A DNA stretch of 64,000 nt, taken from assembly GCA_964533825.1 (NCBI GenBank), contig CAZHMU010000003.1, positions 90,964-154,963 on the forward strand, given 5' to 3'. This DNA is from an uncultured Oscillospiraceae bacterium (GTDB lineage Bacteria > Bacillota > Clostridia > Christensenellales > CAG-314). Shown here piece after piece: positions 9,076 to 17,299 of this stretch. A program made the position numbers and the translations under genes. The notes beneath the pieces were generated by a model, which saw only the letters and a list, made by a program, of their open reading frames with translations, ran no database searches and had not been told where the DNA came from. The stretch's first letter is position 1. Every line of letters starts with the position of its first letter.

Positions 9076-10563
9076 TTATCTTTTTTTCTTCTTGATGACA
9101 AACCAGTACAGAGCGAAACCGCCGATACCAACTACTGCAACAGAGCCGACAACGATGCCTACAATTGCACCACCCGTAAGTCCGTCATTATCCACGGTAG
9201 GTTCGGGAACAAGGTCACCGTTGCCGCCAGTCGTTCCTTCATTTCCGTTTGAAGTGCCGGTTGCAGGAATCTCTTCGGTTACACTATGACCACAAACGCA
9301 GGTCTTTTGTTTGCTACCTGTTTCCGTTTCGGTCGCTTCTTTCGTGACCGTCCATTCGCCAAAGCTGTGGTCTTCGTACTCCTCATACTCACCGCAGTCG
9401 CAGCAATAACGGTAATGCTGTTCATCGTCAAAATAACCCCACTCTGATATCGTAACGTGCTTGTTTGGATTAAAATCTCCGTAAGGCTCGCCACACGCCT
9501 CGCAGAGAGTCTTTTCGTTACAATTAGCCTCGTCGCCGCCAAAATGGTCTGCGTAGATAGCGTATAACGTAATATTGCCCGTCAAGGTAATCGTATTCTC
9601 CGTAATGATTTCATCGTCAGGGGAAAACGCCCAACCGACGAAATGCTTTCCATCGTATATAAAGGTGCAGGCAGGAAGCGTATACGGCACGCCCCCGATT
9701 GCGTTTTCGCTTTCCATCGTGCTAACGCCGCCGTTCTCATGAAAGGAAACGGTATATAAAGGCGCGATACAAACGTATTTTTGCGTGTAATTTGTCGATA
9801 ACTCTCCAATATCCTTATATCCGGCCGCAACCGCTTCTTCTTTCGTCGAACCGTACAAAACCTTTGTGGTGTCATAGTAGGCCGCGCTTATTGTCGGCGC
9901 CACATCAAATGCTTGCGTTTCACCATACGCGCTTAAGCTACCGCCTTCAATGCTGATATTGATAGCATCCACGCCGTAACTACACGTATTAGTACTAGGA
10001 GCATTCCCTCCGATTGCTGTAATATCGCCCCCTTTGAATGTAATATCACTGGCTTTTATTGCATAACTATTACACATCAAAGAAGAACCGCCAACTACAC
10101 TCAGACTGCCCTCACCCTCAAAGGCAACTTGTGGGATAAATATACCAAAAGAGTCTGCATCAGGACAATCAGGCGCGGTGATGCTGTTTGAACCTATAAG
10201 CTTCACCGTCAAGGTGTTAGTAGCATTGTAATAGATAGCAATTTGGCTATACCCCATAACCGTGCTCATCTCATATCCCAAGCCGCTGATTTCAAAATTG
10301 TCAAGCGTTAAGCTATTATCGTCTGGATTATACGTTGCCGAGCCGATTATCTTATCGTTATCTTCACTGTCAATAACAGTGTTTTCAGAAGTAAACTGAA
10401 TGCCGCCAACATAAAGGTCATAGCTTGTGAGCGTATCCCCCGTATCCGCAGCGCTTACCGTGAGTGTTCCCAATCCCAAAAATCCACAAAGGCAAATTGC
10501 GAACGTCAATAGGGATATAATAATAGTTTTTGTATAACAAATAGTGATCCGTGATTTTTTCAT
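9076..10563 (-). CDS. Surface protein with a Listeria-Bacteroides (Flg_new-type) repeat, a Cys-rich module and a C-terminal TM anchor
   Basis: Signal peptide. YTVSFHENGG...HFVGWAFSPDD...ITLYAIYA matches the Flg_new repeat pattern. Cys-rich stretch 9258-9537. C-terminus GGAIVGIVVGSVAVVGIGGFALYWFVIKKKKR. Confidence 0.7.
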   Translation of the reverse strand: MKKSRITICYTKTIIISLLTFAICLCGFLGLGTLTVSAADTGDTLTSYDLYVGGIQFTSENTVIDSEDNDKIIGSATYNPDDNSLTLDNFEISGLGYEMSTVMGYSQIAIYYNATNTLTVKLIGSNSITAPDCPDADSFGIFIPQVAFEGEGSLSVVGGSSLMCNSYAIKASDITFKGGDITAIGGNAPSTNTCSYGVDAINISIEGGSLSAYGETQAFDVAPTISAAYYDTTKVLYGSTKEEAVAAGYKDIGELSTNYTQKYVCIAPLYTVSFHENGGVSTMESENAIGGVPYTLPACTFIYDGKHFVGWAFSPDDEIITENTITLTGNITLYAIYADHFGGDEANCNEKTLCEACGEPYGDFNPNKHVTISEWGYFDDEQHYRYCCDCGEYEEYEDHSFGEWTVTKEATETETGSKQKTCVCGHSVTEEIPATGTSNGNEGTTGGNGDLVPEPTVDNDGLTGGAIVGIVVGSVAVVGIGGFALYWFVIKKKKR

Positions 10564-10578
10564 AGAATTTTCTCCGTT

Positions 10579-12606
10579 TTAATTATATTCGGTTACGGTT
10601 TCGCCACCCTCGGAATCTGTGTAGGTTTCTTTAATAAGGTTGCCGTTGTCGTCGTATTCGTAGCTATAGGCGTACCAACCGCTGGGATTGGTGTAGACTT
10701 CTTTGATACAGTTTCCGTTTCCGTCGTATTCGTAGTTGCCTTCGAACCAATTGCCATTGGGATAGGTCTGTTTCATTTTAATACAGTTGCCGTTGTCGTC
10801 GTATTCGCAGACGCGCTGGACGCCATCGGAACCGGTGTAGGTTTCTTTAATGTATTTGCCGTTGTCGTCGTATTCGTATTCGTAGACTTCACTGTAACCG
10901 TCTAAATAGGTGCGGGTTGCTTTAATCTCGTTTCCGTTTTCGTCGTATTCGTAGACACAGACGGAGTTGGAGCCGTCGGAATCGGTGTAGGATTCTTTAA
11001 TGCATTTGCCGTTTCCGTCGTATTCGTAGACGCGCTCGTATTCGAGACCATCGGAATCGGTGTAGGATTCTTTAATGCATTTGCCGTTTCCGTCGTATTC
11101 GTAGCCACGCTCGTATTCGAGACCATCGGAATCGGTGTAGGCTTCTTTAATCTTGTTTCCGTTTCCGTCGTATTCGTAGACGCGCTCGTATTCGAGACCA
11201 TCGGAGTTGGTGTAGGATTCTTTAATGCATTTGCCGTTTCCGTCGTATTCGTAGACGCGCTCGACGCCATCGGAATCGGTGTAGGCTTCTTTAATCTTGT
11301 TTCCGTTTCCGTCGTATTCGTAGACGCGCTCGACGCCATCGGAACCGGTGTAAGCTTCTTTAATCTTGTTTCCGTTTCCGTCGTATTCGTAGTAGATGCG
11401 CTCGACGCCGTCGGAATAGGTGTAAGCTTCTTTAATCTTGTTTCCGTTTCCGTCGTATTCATAGATGCGCTCGATGCCGTCGGAATCGGTGTAGGTTTCT
11501 TTAACGTATTTGCCGTTTCCGTCGTATTCATAGATGCGCTCGATGCCGTCGGAATAGGTGTAGGTTGCTTTAATCTTATTTCCGTTATCGTCGTATTCGT
11601 AGCTATAGGTGTAGCCGTAGTCATCGGAATCGGCGTAGATTTCTTTAATCTTGTTCCCGTTATCGTCGTATTCGTAGCTATAGGTGTACCCGTAGTCATC
11701 GGAATTGGCGTAGGTTTCTTTAATCTTGTTCCCGTTATTGTCGTATTCGTAGGTATAGACGAGCCAATGGCCATTGGAATAAGTTCGGGTCGCTTTAATA
11801 CAGTTACCACTCTCGTCGTATTCGTAGACGCACTCGTATTCGATACCGTCGGAAGCGGCGCAGACCTCTTTACTACAATTGCCGTTATTGTCGTATTCGT
11901 AGGTATAGACGCGCCCATAGCCATTGGAATAGGTTTGGGTCGCTTTAAGACGTTTGCTGTTGTCGTCGTATTCGTAGATGCACTCGTATTCGATATCGTC
12001 GGAATCGGTGTACGCTTCTTTAATCTTGTTTCCGTTTCCGTCGTATTCGTAGACGCGCTCGTATTCGAGACCATCGGAATCGGTGTAGGTTTCTTTAATG
12101 CAGTTGCCGTTTTCGTCGTATTCGTAGTCACAGGTGTAGCCGAAGTCATTGATATTGGTAAAGACTTCTTCAACACATTTTCCGTTTCCGTTGTAGTAAT
12201 ACTCGGTGACGCTCCACACTTTGTTTCCTGAATACGCGAGCTCATAGATAATATTACCAGTTGTGTTATAATACTTTTCGATGAGGTCGGCTTCCTCATA
12301 TTCTTTTTTTACCGTGAACGTTACGCCACATTCACAAGCGCGATCATCAAATACATGCTTTTCTCCATCTTCATTTTTAAGAACACCGCAACGTGAGCAT
12401 TCGTAATAATGGTAATAATCGTCGAAGGATGCTTCACTGAAATCGTGAGTGATCGTTCTTTCCTCGCCGCATTCGTTGCAGGTAACGTCGCAAGCGTTAT
12501 CGTATATATGCTCGCAAGGTTTATCGCCGCAAGCCGTTAAACTAAACGCAAGCAACAAGGACATACAAACAATAAGTAGCGTTGTGGTTATTCTATTTCT
12601 TTTCAT
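10579..12606 (-). CDS. Lipoprotein with about 21 tandem YD-like repeats
   Basis: Start moved to the ATG at 12606 (MKRNRITTTLLIVCMSLLLAFSLTAC), preceded by GGAGAA. Repeats read YEYD(G/D/E)NGN(K/C)IKE.YT.SDG.ER., resembling the RHS/YD Y-x-YD-x-x-G pattern. No C-terminal toxin-like domain. Confidence 0.75.
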   Translation of the reverse strand: MKRNRITTTLLIVCMSLLLAFSLTACGDKPCEHIYDNACDVTCNECGEERTITHDFSEASFDDYYHYYECSRCGVLKNEDGEKHVFDDRACECGVTFTVKKEYEEADLIEKYYNTTGNIIYELAYSGNKVWSVTEYYYNGNGKCVEEVFTNINDFGYTCDYEYDENGNCIKETYTDSDGLEYERVYEYDGNGNKIKEAYTDSDDIEYECIYEYDDNSKRLKATQTYSNGYGRVYTYEYDNNGNCSKEVCAASDGIEYECVYEYDESGNCIKATRTYSNGHWLVYTYEYDNNGNKIKETYANSDDYGYTYSYEYDDNGNKIKEIYADSDDYGYTYSYEYDDNGNKIKATYTYSDGIERIYEYDGNGKYVKETYTDSDGIERIYEYDGNGNKIKEAYTYSDGVERIYYEYDGNGNKIKEAYTGSDGVERVYEYDGNGNKIKEAYTDSDGVERVYEYDGNGKCIKESYTNSDGLEYERVYEYDGNGNKIKEAYTDSDGLEYERGYEYDGNGKCIKESYTDSDGLEYERVYEYDGNGKCIKESYTDSDGSNSVCVYEYDENGNEIKATRTYLDGYSEVYEYEYDDNGKYIKETYTGSDGVQRVCEYDDNGNCIKMKQTYPNGNWFEGNYEYDGNGNCIKEVYTNPSGWYAYSYEYDDNGNLIKETYTDSEGGETVTEYN
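10600..12200 (-). repeat. Coding tandem repeats (57-72 nt units) inside the YD-like gene
   Basis: Strings such as tttccgtcgtattcgtagacgcgctcg recur many times. This generates an artefactual second long ORF (10902..12299) in another frame. Confidence 0.85.
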
Positions 12607-12629
12607 ATATGCATTCTCCATATCAAATC

Positions 12630-13364
12630 TTATTTCTTTTTGTTTTTGTTCTTTTCTCTTAAATACTTTGCACGCCTTTTCTTGAAATCTGCCAAGGCTT
12701 TTTCGTGCTTGGTATTTATATATTCCTTAAATTCCTGCAAAATTCTGAGGCCTATGGCTCGGTAGTCCATTGCAAGAACTTTTTTTATTTTCGTTTGAAT
12801 AATATCTTCGGGTACGTTATATAACCTCATTATCGTGGTCAAGGCAAGCTCTATCCTTATTTCTAACGGTGAAGAAGTTTCCGTTGTCATAAGCACCGCA
12901 TATTCTATACCCGAAACAATGTCCTCCGCTTCTTTGAATTTTTCTTCACTCCAACCCTTACAATACGGTGAGAAGATTCTTTTCATTTTCTCAATATCGT
13001 TCTTGCGTATTATATTCAAGGTTATAGGGATTGTGTAAGAAGAAAGGAAAAAGTCCTTTGCGTTTTCGTCTTGCTCGCTTGCACTAACCATAGAGGTAAG
13101 CTCCAAACAATAAGCAAGCAGCGAATTTACACCCTCTTTTGCTTCTTCCTCCATCAGTTTCCATTGAAAGTCGCATAGTTCTTCCACCAAAACGGCAAGC
13201 AAATCTTCTTTTCTCGTGAAATGAAAATTAAAATTGCCTGTGCTGATGCCGAGTTCTTCGCACATAGCCTTTGTTGAAGCGTTGGTATAGCCTTGCTCCA
13301 AGAACATATTACAGCCCATTAAAATGATTTCTGACCGAGTATCTCTTTTAACGTTCCTTTGCAA
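12630..13364 (-). CDS. TetR/AcrR family transcriptional regulator
   Basis: N-terminal HTH ...GYTNASTKAMCEELGISTGNFNFHFTRKEDLL. TTG start with AAGGAGGG SD. The stop lies 23 nt before the YD-like gene. Confidence 0.85.
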   Translation of the reverse strand: MQRNVKRDTRSEIILMGCNMFLEQGYTNASTKAMCEELGISTGNFNFHFTRKEDLLAVLVEELCDFQWKLMEEEAKEGVNSLLAYCLELTSMVSASEQDENAKDFFLSSYTIPITLNIIRKNDIEKMKRIFSPYCKGWSEEKFKEAEDIVSGIEYAVLMTTETSSPLEIRIELALTTIMRLYNVPEDIIQTKIKKVLAMDYRAIGLRILQEFKEYINTKHEKALADFKKRRAKYLREKNKNKKK

Positions 13365-13409
13365 TTTTCCGCCCTCCTTGCCTGCACTGTTCCTATTAGG
13401 TCTATACCT

Positions 13410-13438
13410 ATTATAGTGCTATGAACAACGTTTGTCAA
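13410..13438 (-). promoter_or_regulatory. Consensus sigma-70 promoter of the TetR / YD-repeat transcription unit
   Basis: Minus strand reads TTGACA, a 17-nt spacer, then TATAAT. Confidence 0.65.
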
Positions 13439-13750
13439 GTGGTTTGATAGTAAAATGAAAAATAATTTGCTATTTTGAACTTTTTTGTGGTGTTTGGTTA
13501 AAATGTCCGTTGATAAAGACAAAAATTGAACGATTAGTCACAAAGTGAACGAAAGGGGTATAAAGTGAACGATTTGCTTTCTGCCGAAAAAAACAAAAAA
13601 GCTTGCAAGGACGAAAACAATCACGGCAAGCCTGCATTTTTGCAATAAAACTTATAAAAAAGGGCAAACTGCCCTTATTTTTGCAATAAAAAAGCCATAA
13701 TACCGATATTTTTTTGCATCAATATTATGGTTTCTTTATGTGATTTGCAA

Positions 13751-13782
13751 CAAAAAAAGACCTTGTGATAGATGCAAGGTCT
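13751..13782 (-). terminator. Rho-independent terminator downstream of the second TetR gene
   Basis: AGACCTTG-(9 nt)-CAAGGTCT hairpin followed on the minus strand by seven T. Confidence 0.6.
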
Positions 13783-13935
13783 TTGGGTATATAGAAATCG
13801 TTATTTAAGATAGACTAAGATTTTAATATAAGATTTCGGGTGGGCGCATCTTAGGGTAAAGGGTGCAAAAACGCAAAGGTGTGCAATTTTAACGAAGGAC
13901 CGATTATAAAACGCCTCGTTTTTATTGGCTTACGT

Positions 13936-14538
13936 TTACGTGTTCCACTTGATCTCTGTGCCGATGTGCCATTCTTCTTCGCTCAAGAATCGGCTACAAA
14001 TAAGCGCCATCTGTTCCGGAGTTTCTCGATAACCATGTCTTATCCATCCGAAAATGATGTTGAATATAGAACCGATCCACGATAACACCCTGTAATATGC
14101 ATCGGGGAAATTTGCATCAATCGCCTGAAGGTATTTATCATTTACAGCCATTTCAAATTTGTCGACCATTCCTGCCATTTGGATTATTTCAAAAAGCTCC
14201 TTAATTTCTTGCACCTTTTCAAACAGGACGCGATAACTTCTAACCATATTATGTCTGATCAATTCCGTAGATAATGCGTCGACGATGGTTTCTGCGGCTC
14301 GGTTGAACAGATTGGTCAGGATATCTTCTTTGGAGTTGTAATTTCGATAATACGCAGATCTGGAAACTCCAGCCTTGCGAATAATGTCTGAAATTGAAAT
14401 CGACTGATAATCATTTTCTTTCATAAGTATGATTAGTGCGGCTTCGATACATTCCCGTGTTAACCGATTGGACTCCTCGTTGGAGAGTCTGAGGGCGTTT
14501 CGACGATTCATTTCCGTTTGATTTATAGTTTCTGACAA
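13936..14538 (-). CDS. TetR/AcrR family transcriptional regulator
   Basis: HTH ...YQSISISDIIRKAGVSRSAYYRNYNSKEDIL. TTG start. Divergent from a membrane-protein gene. Confidence 0.85.
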   Translation of the reverse strand: MSETINQTEMNRRNALRLSNEESNRLTRECIEAALIILMKENDYQSISISDIIRKAGVSRSAYYRNYNSKEDILTNLFNRAAETIVDALSTELIRHNMVRSYRVLFEKVQEIKELFEIIQMAGMVDKFEMAVNDKYLQAIDANFPDAYYRVLSWIGSIFNIIFGWIRHGYRETPEQMALICSRFLSEEEWHIGTEIKWNT

Positions 14539-14589
14539 GACAATTTCCCCTTATATGTATAGTCCGTGTATAGTCCGTGATTGAATTTA

Positions 14590-14624
14590 TTGACAGACAG
14601 TTGTGTCGGTGATACAATTGTATC
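14590..14624 (+). promoter_or_regulatory. Promoter of 14688..15620 with an overlapping 14-bp perfect palindrome (candidate TetR operator)
   Basis: TTGACA (14590-14595), a 17-nt spacer, then TACAAT (14613-14618). GATACAATTGTATC (14611-14624) overlaps the -10. Confidence 0.6.
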
Positions 14625-14687
14625 ATCGTGTTTTAGTATAGCACGAAACAATTTTTTTGTCAATATAAAAAAGGAGGTACTACAATT

Positions 14688-15620
14688 ATGATTGGAAATT
14701 TCCCAATCACTTGGATCATCATGGAAGTGATGAGCGTCGTTCTGTTTGCTATGTGTATGAGACACGCGCTGAATAGTAATCGACCCAAACAAAAGCTTTT
14801 TGAATTATGCTGCTTTATTTTAGCGGCTGCCATTTTTGAACATGTCGGTGTGCTTGGAGGCAACTACTGGTATTCGCAGGAACGATTTATGATGTTCGGT
14901 CTGCTACCACTTAGCATTTTGCTGATAGAGGCCGTTATTATGTATTCCGCAATGACCCTGTTTGAATACACTAATATGCCCAAGTGGAGCATCGTTTTCT
15001 TCGTAGGCATTCTGTCCACCATTCAGGATATGACCATTGACCCAGTCTATGTAAATGATATCTATGTGTTCGATGGTGTGGCACAAGGACATTGGAATTG
15101 GAATATCTATTACGACACTACATTCTTTGGTATTCCGTTCTTCAACTTTTCAAGCTGGTTCTATATGACCGGTATTTATGCAGGTCTGATGCTACTCGGA
15201 AGACATCTGTACGAAAAGACGAAAAAAGAATGGGTAGGTATCTGTTATCCCTTCGTTTCGGCGGTTTTGTTAATCGTTGCATTGGTTCCCACCGCTTTGT
15301 TGCTAGTCAAACCCATTTATTCCGACAGCAGCACCTTCAAATTCTGGTATGAGCTGATTGCTCTGATCGTCAACTTTGCCGTTGCGATCGTGTTAATGGC
15401 AAAGTACTGGAAGAAGATGTCTCCCGTGAACCTCAAAAAGGATGGCATCGTAATCTTTGCAATTCCCGCGATTTTGCATTTGTATGATATCGTTGTCGGC
15501 TTTGCATTGGGTATCAAGAAGAGCTATATTCCTGTTTTGGTATTCACAGCGATCCATATGGCATATCTGTTCCTTGTTTGGCGCAAATCCAAAAAAGCCA
15601 TGCCTGTTTTGGAAAATTAA
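14688..15620 (+). CDS. Polytopic membrane protein (possibly DUF422 / carotenoid-biosynthesis-like family)
   Basis: 310 aa with about 8 hydrophobic segments. SD AAGGAGG. The family guess is from memory of the overall pattern only. Confidence 0.65.
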   Translation: MIGNFPITWIIMEVMSVVLFAMCMRHALNSNRPKQKLFELCCFILAAAIFEHVGVLGGNYWYSQERFMMFGLLPLSILLIEAVIMYSAMTLFEYTNMPKWSIVFFVGILSTIQDMTIDPVYVNDIYVFDGVAQGHWNWNIYYDTTFFGIPFFNFSSWFYMTGIYAGLMLLGRHLYEKTKKEWVGICYPFVSAVLLIVALVPTALLLVKPIYSDSSTFKFWYELIALIVNFAVAIVLMAKYWKKMSPVNLKKDGIVIFAIPAILHLYDIVVGFALGIKKSYIPVLVFTAIHMAYLFLVWRKSKKAMPVLEN

Positions 15621-15630
15621 TAAAATTGAA

Positions 15631-15669
15631 AATCGCCATCACGGAGTGTTTCCGAGTTGGCGATTTTTT
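15631..15669 (+). terminator. Rho-independent terminator
   Basis: AATCGCCA-(19 nt)-TGGCGATT followed by TTTTT. Confidence 0.8.
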
Positions 15670-16002
15670 AATAGGATATTTGATGGTTTTAATGTTTTTT
15701 ATTAACGATTACTTCATAAGTAAGCTGTGATTTTTCATGTTGGAACTAATCTTTATTCTGTAACGAATTTGACTTGAAAATGTACCACAATTGACCGCAT
15801 CAAAGTTGACATTGTAGGTGCTTAGGCAAACAAACTCAAAAAAGGCTTATTTTTAGTACACAGACTATAATTTCAATTTTGACCACACTTCTAACGATAA
15901 CAAAAGAGACTCCCCATTAAAAGCACGAAAACTCTTAAGGAATATGTTTCTTTATGCAAGAAGATGCTCCATCCGATTGAGAGAAAAAATATCTTAATAA
16001 GC

Positions 16003-16050
16003 AATAAAAAATGCAGAAACGGCACAATTTTTTGTATCCTTTTCTGCATT
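16003..16050 (-). terminator. Rho-independent terminator after tRNA-Thr
   Basis: Minus strand: AATGCAGAAA-(20 nt)-TTTCTGCATT followed by TTTTTATT. Confidence 0.75.
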
Positions 16051-16056
16051 CTTATT

Positions 16057-16132
16057 TGGTGCTGGTGATAGGAATCGAACCTACGACCTAGTGATTACGA
16101 ATCACTTGCTCTACCGACTGAGCCACACCAGC
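16057..16132 (-). tRNA. tRNA-Thr (anticodon CGU), CCA encoded
   Basis: Hand-folded cloverleaf: acceptor GCTGGTG/CACCAGC, D stem GCTC/GAGC, anticodon stem AGTGA/TCACT with loop TTCGTAA, T arm GTAGG-TTCGATT-CCTAT, 3' ACCA. Confidence 0.93.
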
Positions 16133-16296
16133 GTATTTGAGTGCATCAAGCTGATGCACTACTTTGTTGTGTTGTTTTTTGTTGCAAACATTGCGAGAGC
16201 AATAATGCAACCACCAATTTGCACTGTATTCTGCAGAATATTGATGTTTTTGATGCCCCAAATTGCATCACCCATCAAATGCTGTACAGCGTTTTG

Positions 16297-16542
16297 TTAG
16301 TTGTTTGCTACGTATTGTTTGAGAGCTTGAGCAAGTTGGTCTGGACAAGATGTTTGCTTTGGACCGCATTTGATGCCGTCAAGTCTTGCGATTGCGTCGC
16401 CGATTTCCATCCCTTCGACAAGTGCGCCAATACCTTTCAAGTTGCCGTTGCAACCACCAAAGAAAGAAACGTTGCAAACTTTGCCATCTACCACGTCGAA
16501 AGAGATTTCGCGTGAGCAGGTACCTTTTGTTGTGTATTTCAT
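16297..16542 (-). CDS. TSCPD domain protein (TIGR03905-like)
   Basis: MKYTTKGTCSREISFDV...GGCNGNLKGIGALVEGM...KCG.KQTSCPDQLA. Start trimmed to 16542, with GAGGTG SD. Confidence 0.8.
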   Translation of the reverse strand: MKYTTKGTCSREISFDVVDGKVCNVSFFGGCNGNLKGIGALVEGMEIGDAIARLDGIKCGPKQTSCPDQLAQALKQYVANN

Positions 16543-16571
16543 AATTTTTTCACCTCGTGTTTGGTGCAATT

Positions 16572-16600
16572 ATTGTACACCACCGCTATGGTTTTGTCAA
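16572..16600 (-). promoter_or_regulatory. Sigma-70-type promoter of the TSCPD gene / tRNA-Thr unit
   Basis: Minus strand reads TTGACA, a 17-nt spacer, then TACAAT. Confidence 0.55.
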
Positions 16601-16610
16601 ACATTAGCAA

Positions 16611-16638
16611 GCAAAAAGCGCAGGAATTTTACTGCGCT
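16611..16638 (-). terminator. Rho-independent terminator of rsfS
   Basis: Minus strand: AGCGCAG-(8 nt)-CTGCGCT followed by TTTTTG. Confidence 0.75.
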
Positions 16639-16703
16639 TTATGTTGATGTTTTTTGGATATATCACAAAATTTGATAACAAATTTTGCATAAACACAGAC
16701 AAA

Positions 16704-17057
16704 TTAGTCAACGTAAGTTGTAACGTTTTGTCCGTTGTTCCAAAGGGTGTCAAGGGCGTAGACATCGCGCGTTTCTTTGTGGAAGATGTGCACGATGATA
16801 TCGCCGTAGTCCACGCAGATCCAACGGCCTTCGCTTGCGCCTTCGTGACGGATGGCAAACTTGCCGAGTTTTTCCATTGTGCCTTCCAAATGCTCAAAAA
16901 GTGCTTTAACTTGTGGGGCGGACTTACCCGAGCATACGATGAGATAGTCGGCAATGTCGGACATACCTGCAACTTCGATAATTTTGATATCCAATGCGGA
17001 TTTGTCGGAAAGGGCTTTGCAGATGCTTTGTACAGTTTCGTTAGTGATGTTTTGCAT
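16704..17057 (-). CDS. rsfS: Ribosome silencing factor RsfS (iojap)
   Basis: 117 aa with ...ADYLIVCSGKSAPQVKAL...WICVDYGDIIVHIFHKETRDVYALDTLW. Lies downstream of nadD-yqeK, as in other Bacillota. Confidence 0.9.
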   Translation of the reverse strand: MQNITNETVQSICKALSDKSALDIKIIEVAGMSDIADYLIVCSGKSAPQVKALFEHLEGTMEKLGKFAIRHEGASEGRWICVDYGDIIVHIFHKETRDVYALDTLWNNGQNVTTYVD

Positions 17058-17260
17058 ATATTTTCTCCTATGGTAGTTATGTTTTAGTTTATGTTTTTTT
17101 GGGGGACTGGGTGTGAGTTTTAACTTTTTGGTAATACTTGGTGTTTTTTGATGGGTATAAATTGTATTTTGGATTGTATGGCGGTAGGATGGTAGTCTCC
17201 CTACGCCCTCTCAGACGCCTACGGCACCGGCTCCCCCAAAGTGAGAGCCTTTTTACAAGG

Positions 17261-17286
17261 TGCGAACGAACACAGCTCGCCCTACG
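17261..17286 (-). repeat. REP-like hairpin, copy 1
   Basis: Minus-strand RNA reads GUAGGGCGAGC-UGU-GUUCGUUC (8 bp including 3 G-U), 14 nt after the nadD-yqeK stop. Confidence 0.6.
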
Positions 17287-17299
17287 CATTGGTTGTTTA

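Noticed and set aside
10600-12200. CRISPR array suspected from the dense short repeats
   Set aside because: The repeats are contiguous, coding, in frame and lack unique spacers. No cas genes or leader are present.
10902-12299. 465-aa ORF (TNTTETETRLKKPTPIP... repeats) inside the YD-like gene
   Set aside because: It is an alternative frame of the same tandem DNA repeats. It stays open only because the repeat unit lacks stops in that frame. The YD frame has the lipobox, SD and recognisable repeat motif.
17089-17289. Small ORFs lying within repeat-rich spacers (17089..17289 minus, 42925..43197 plus, 3756..4003 minus)
   Set aside because: They are translations of the intergenic repeat elements (Arg/Cys/Ser-rich), have no SD, and overlap hairpins.
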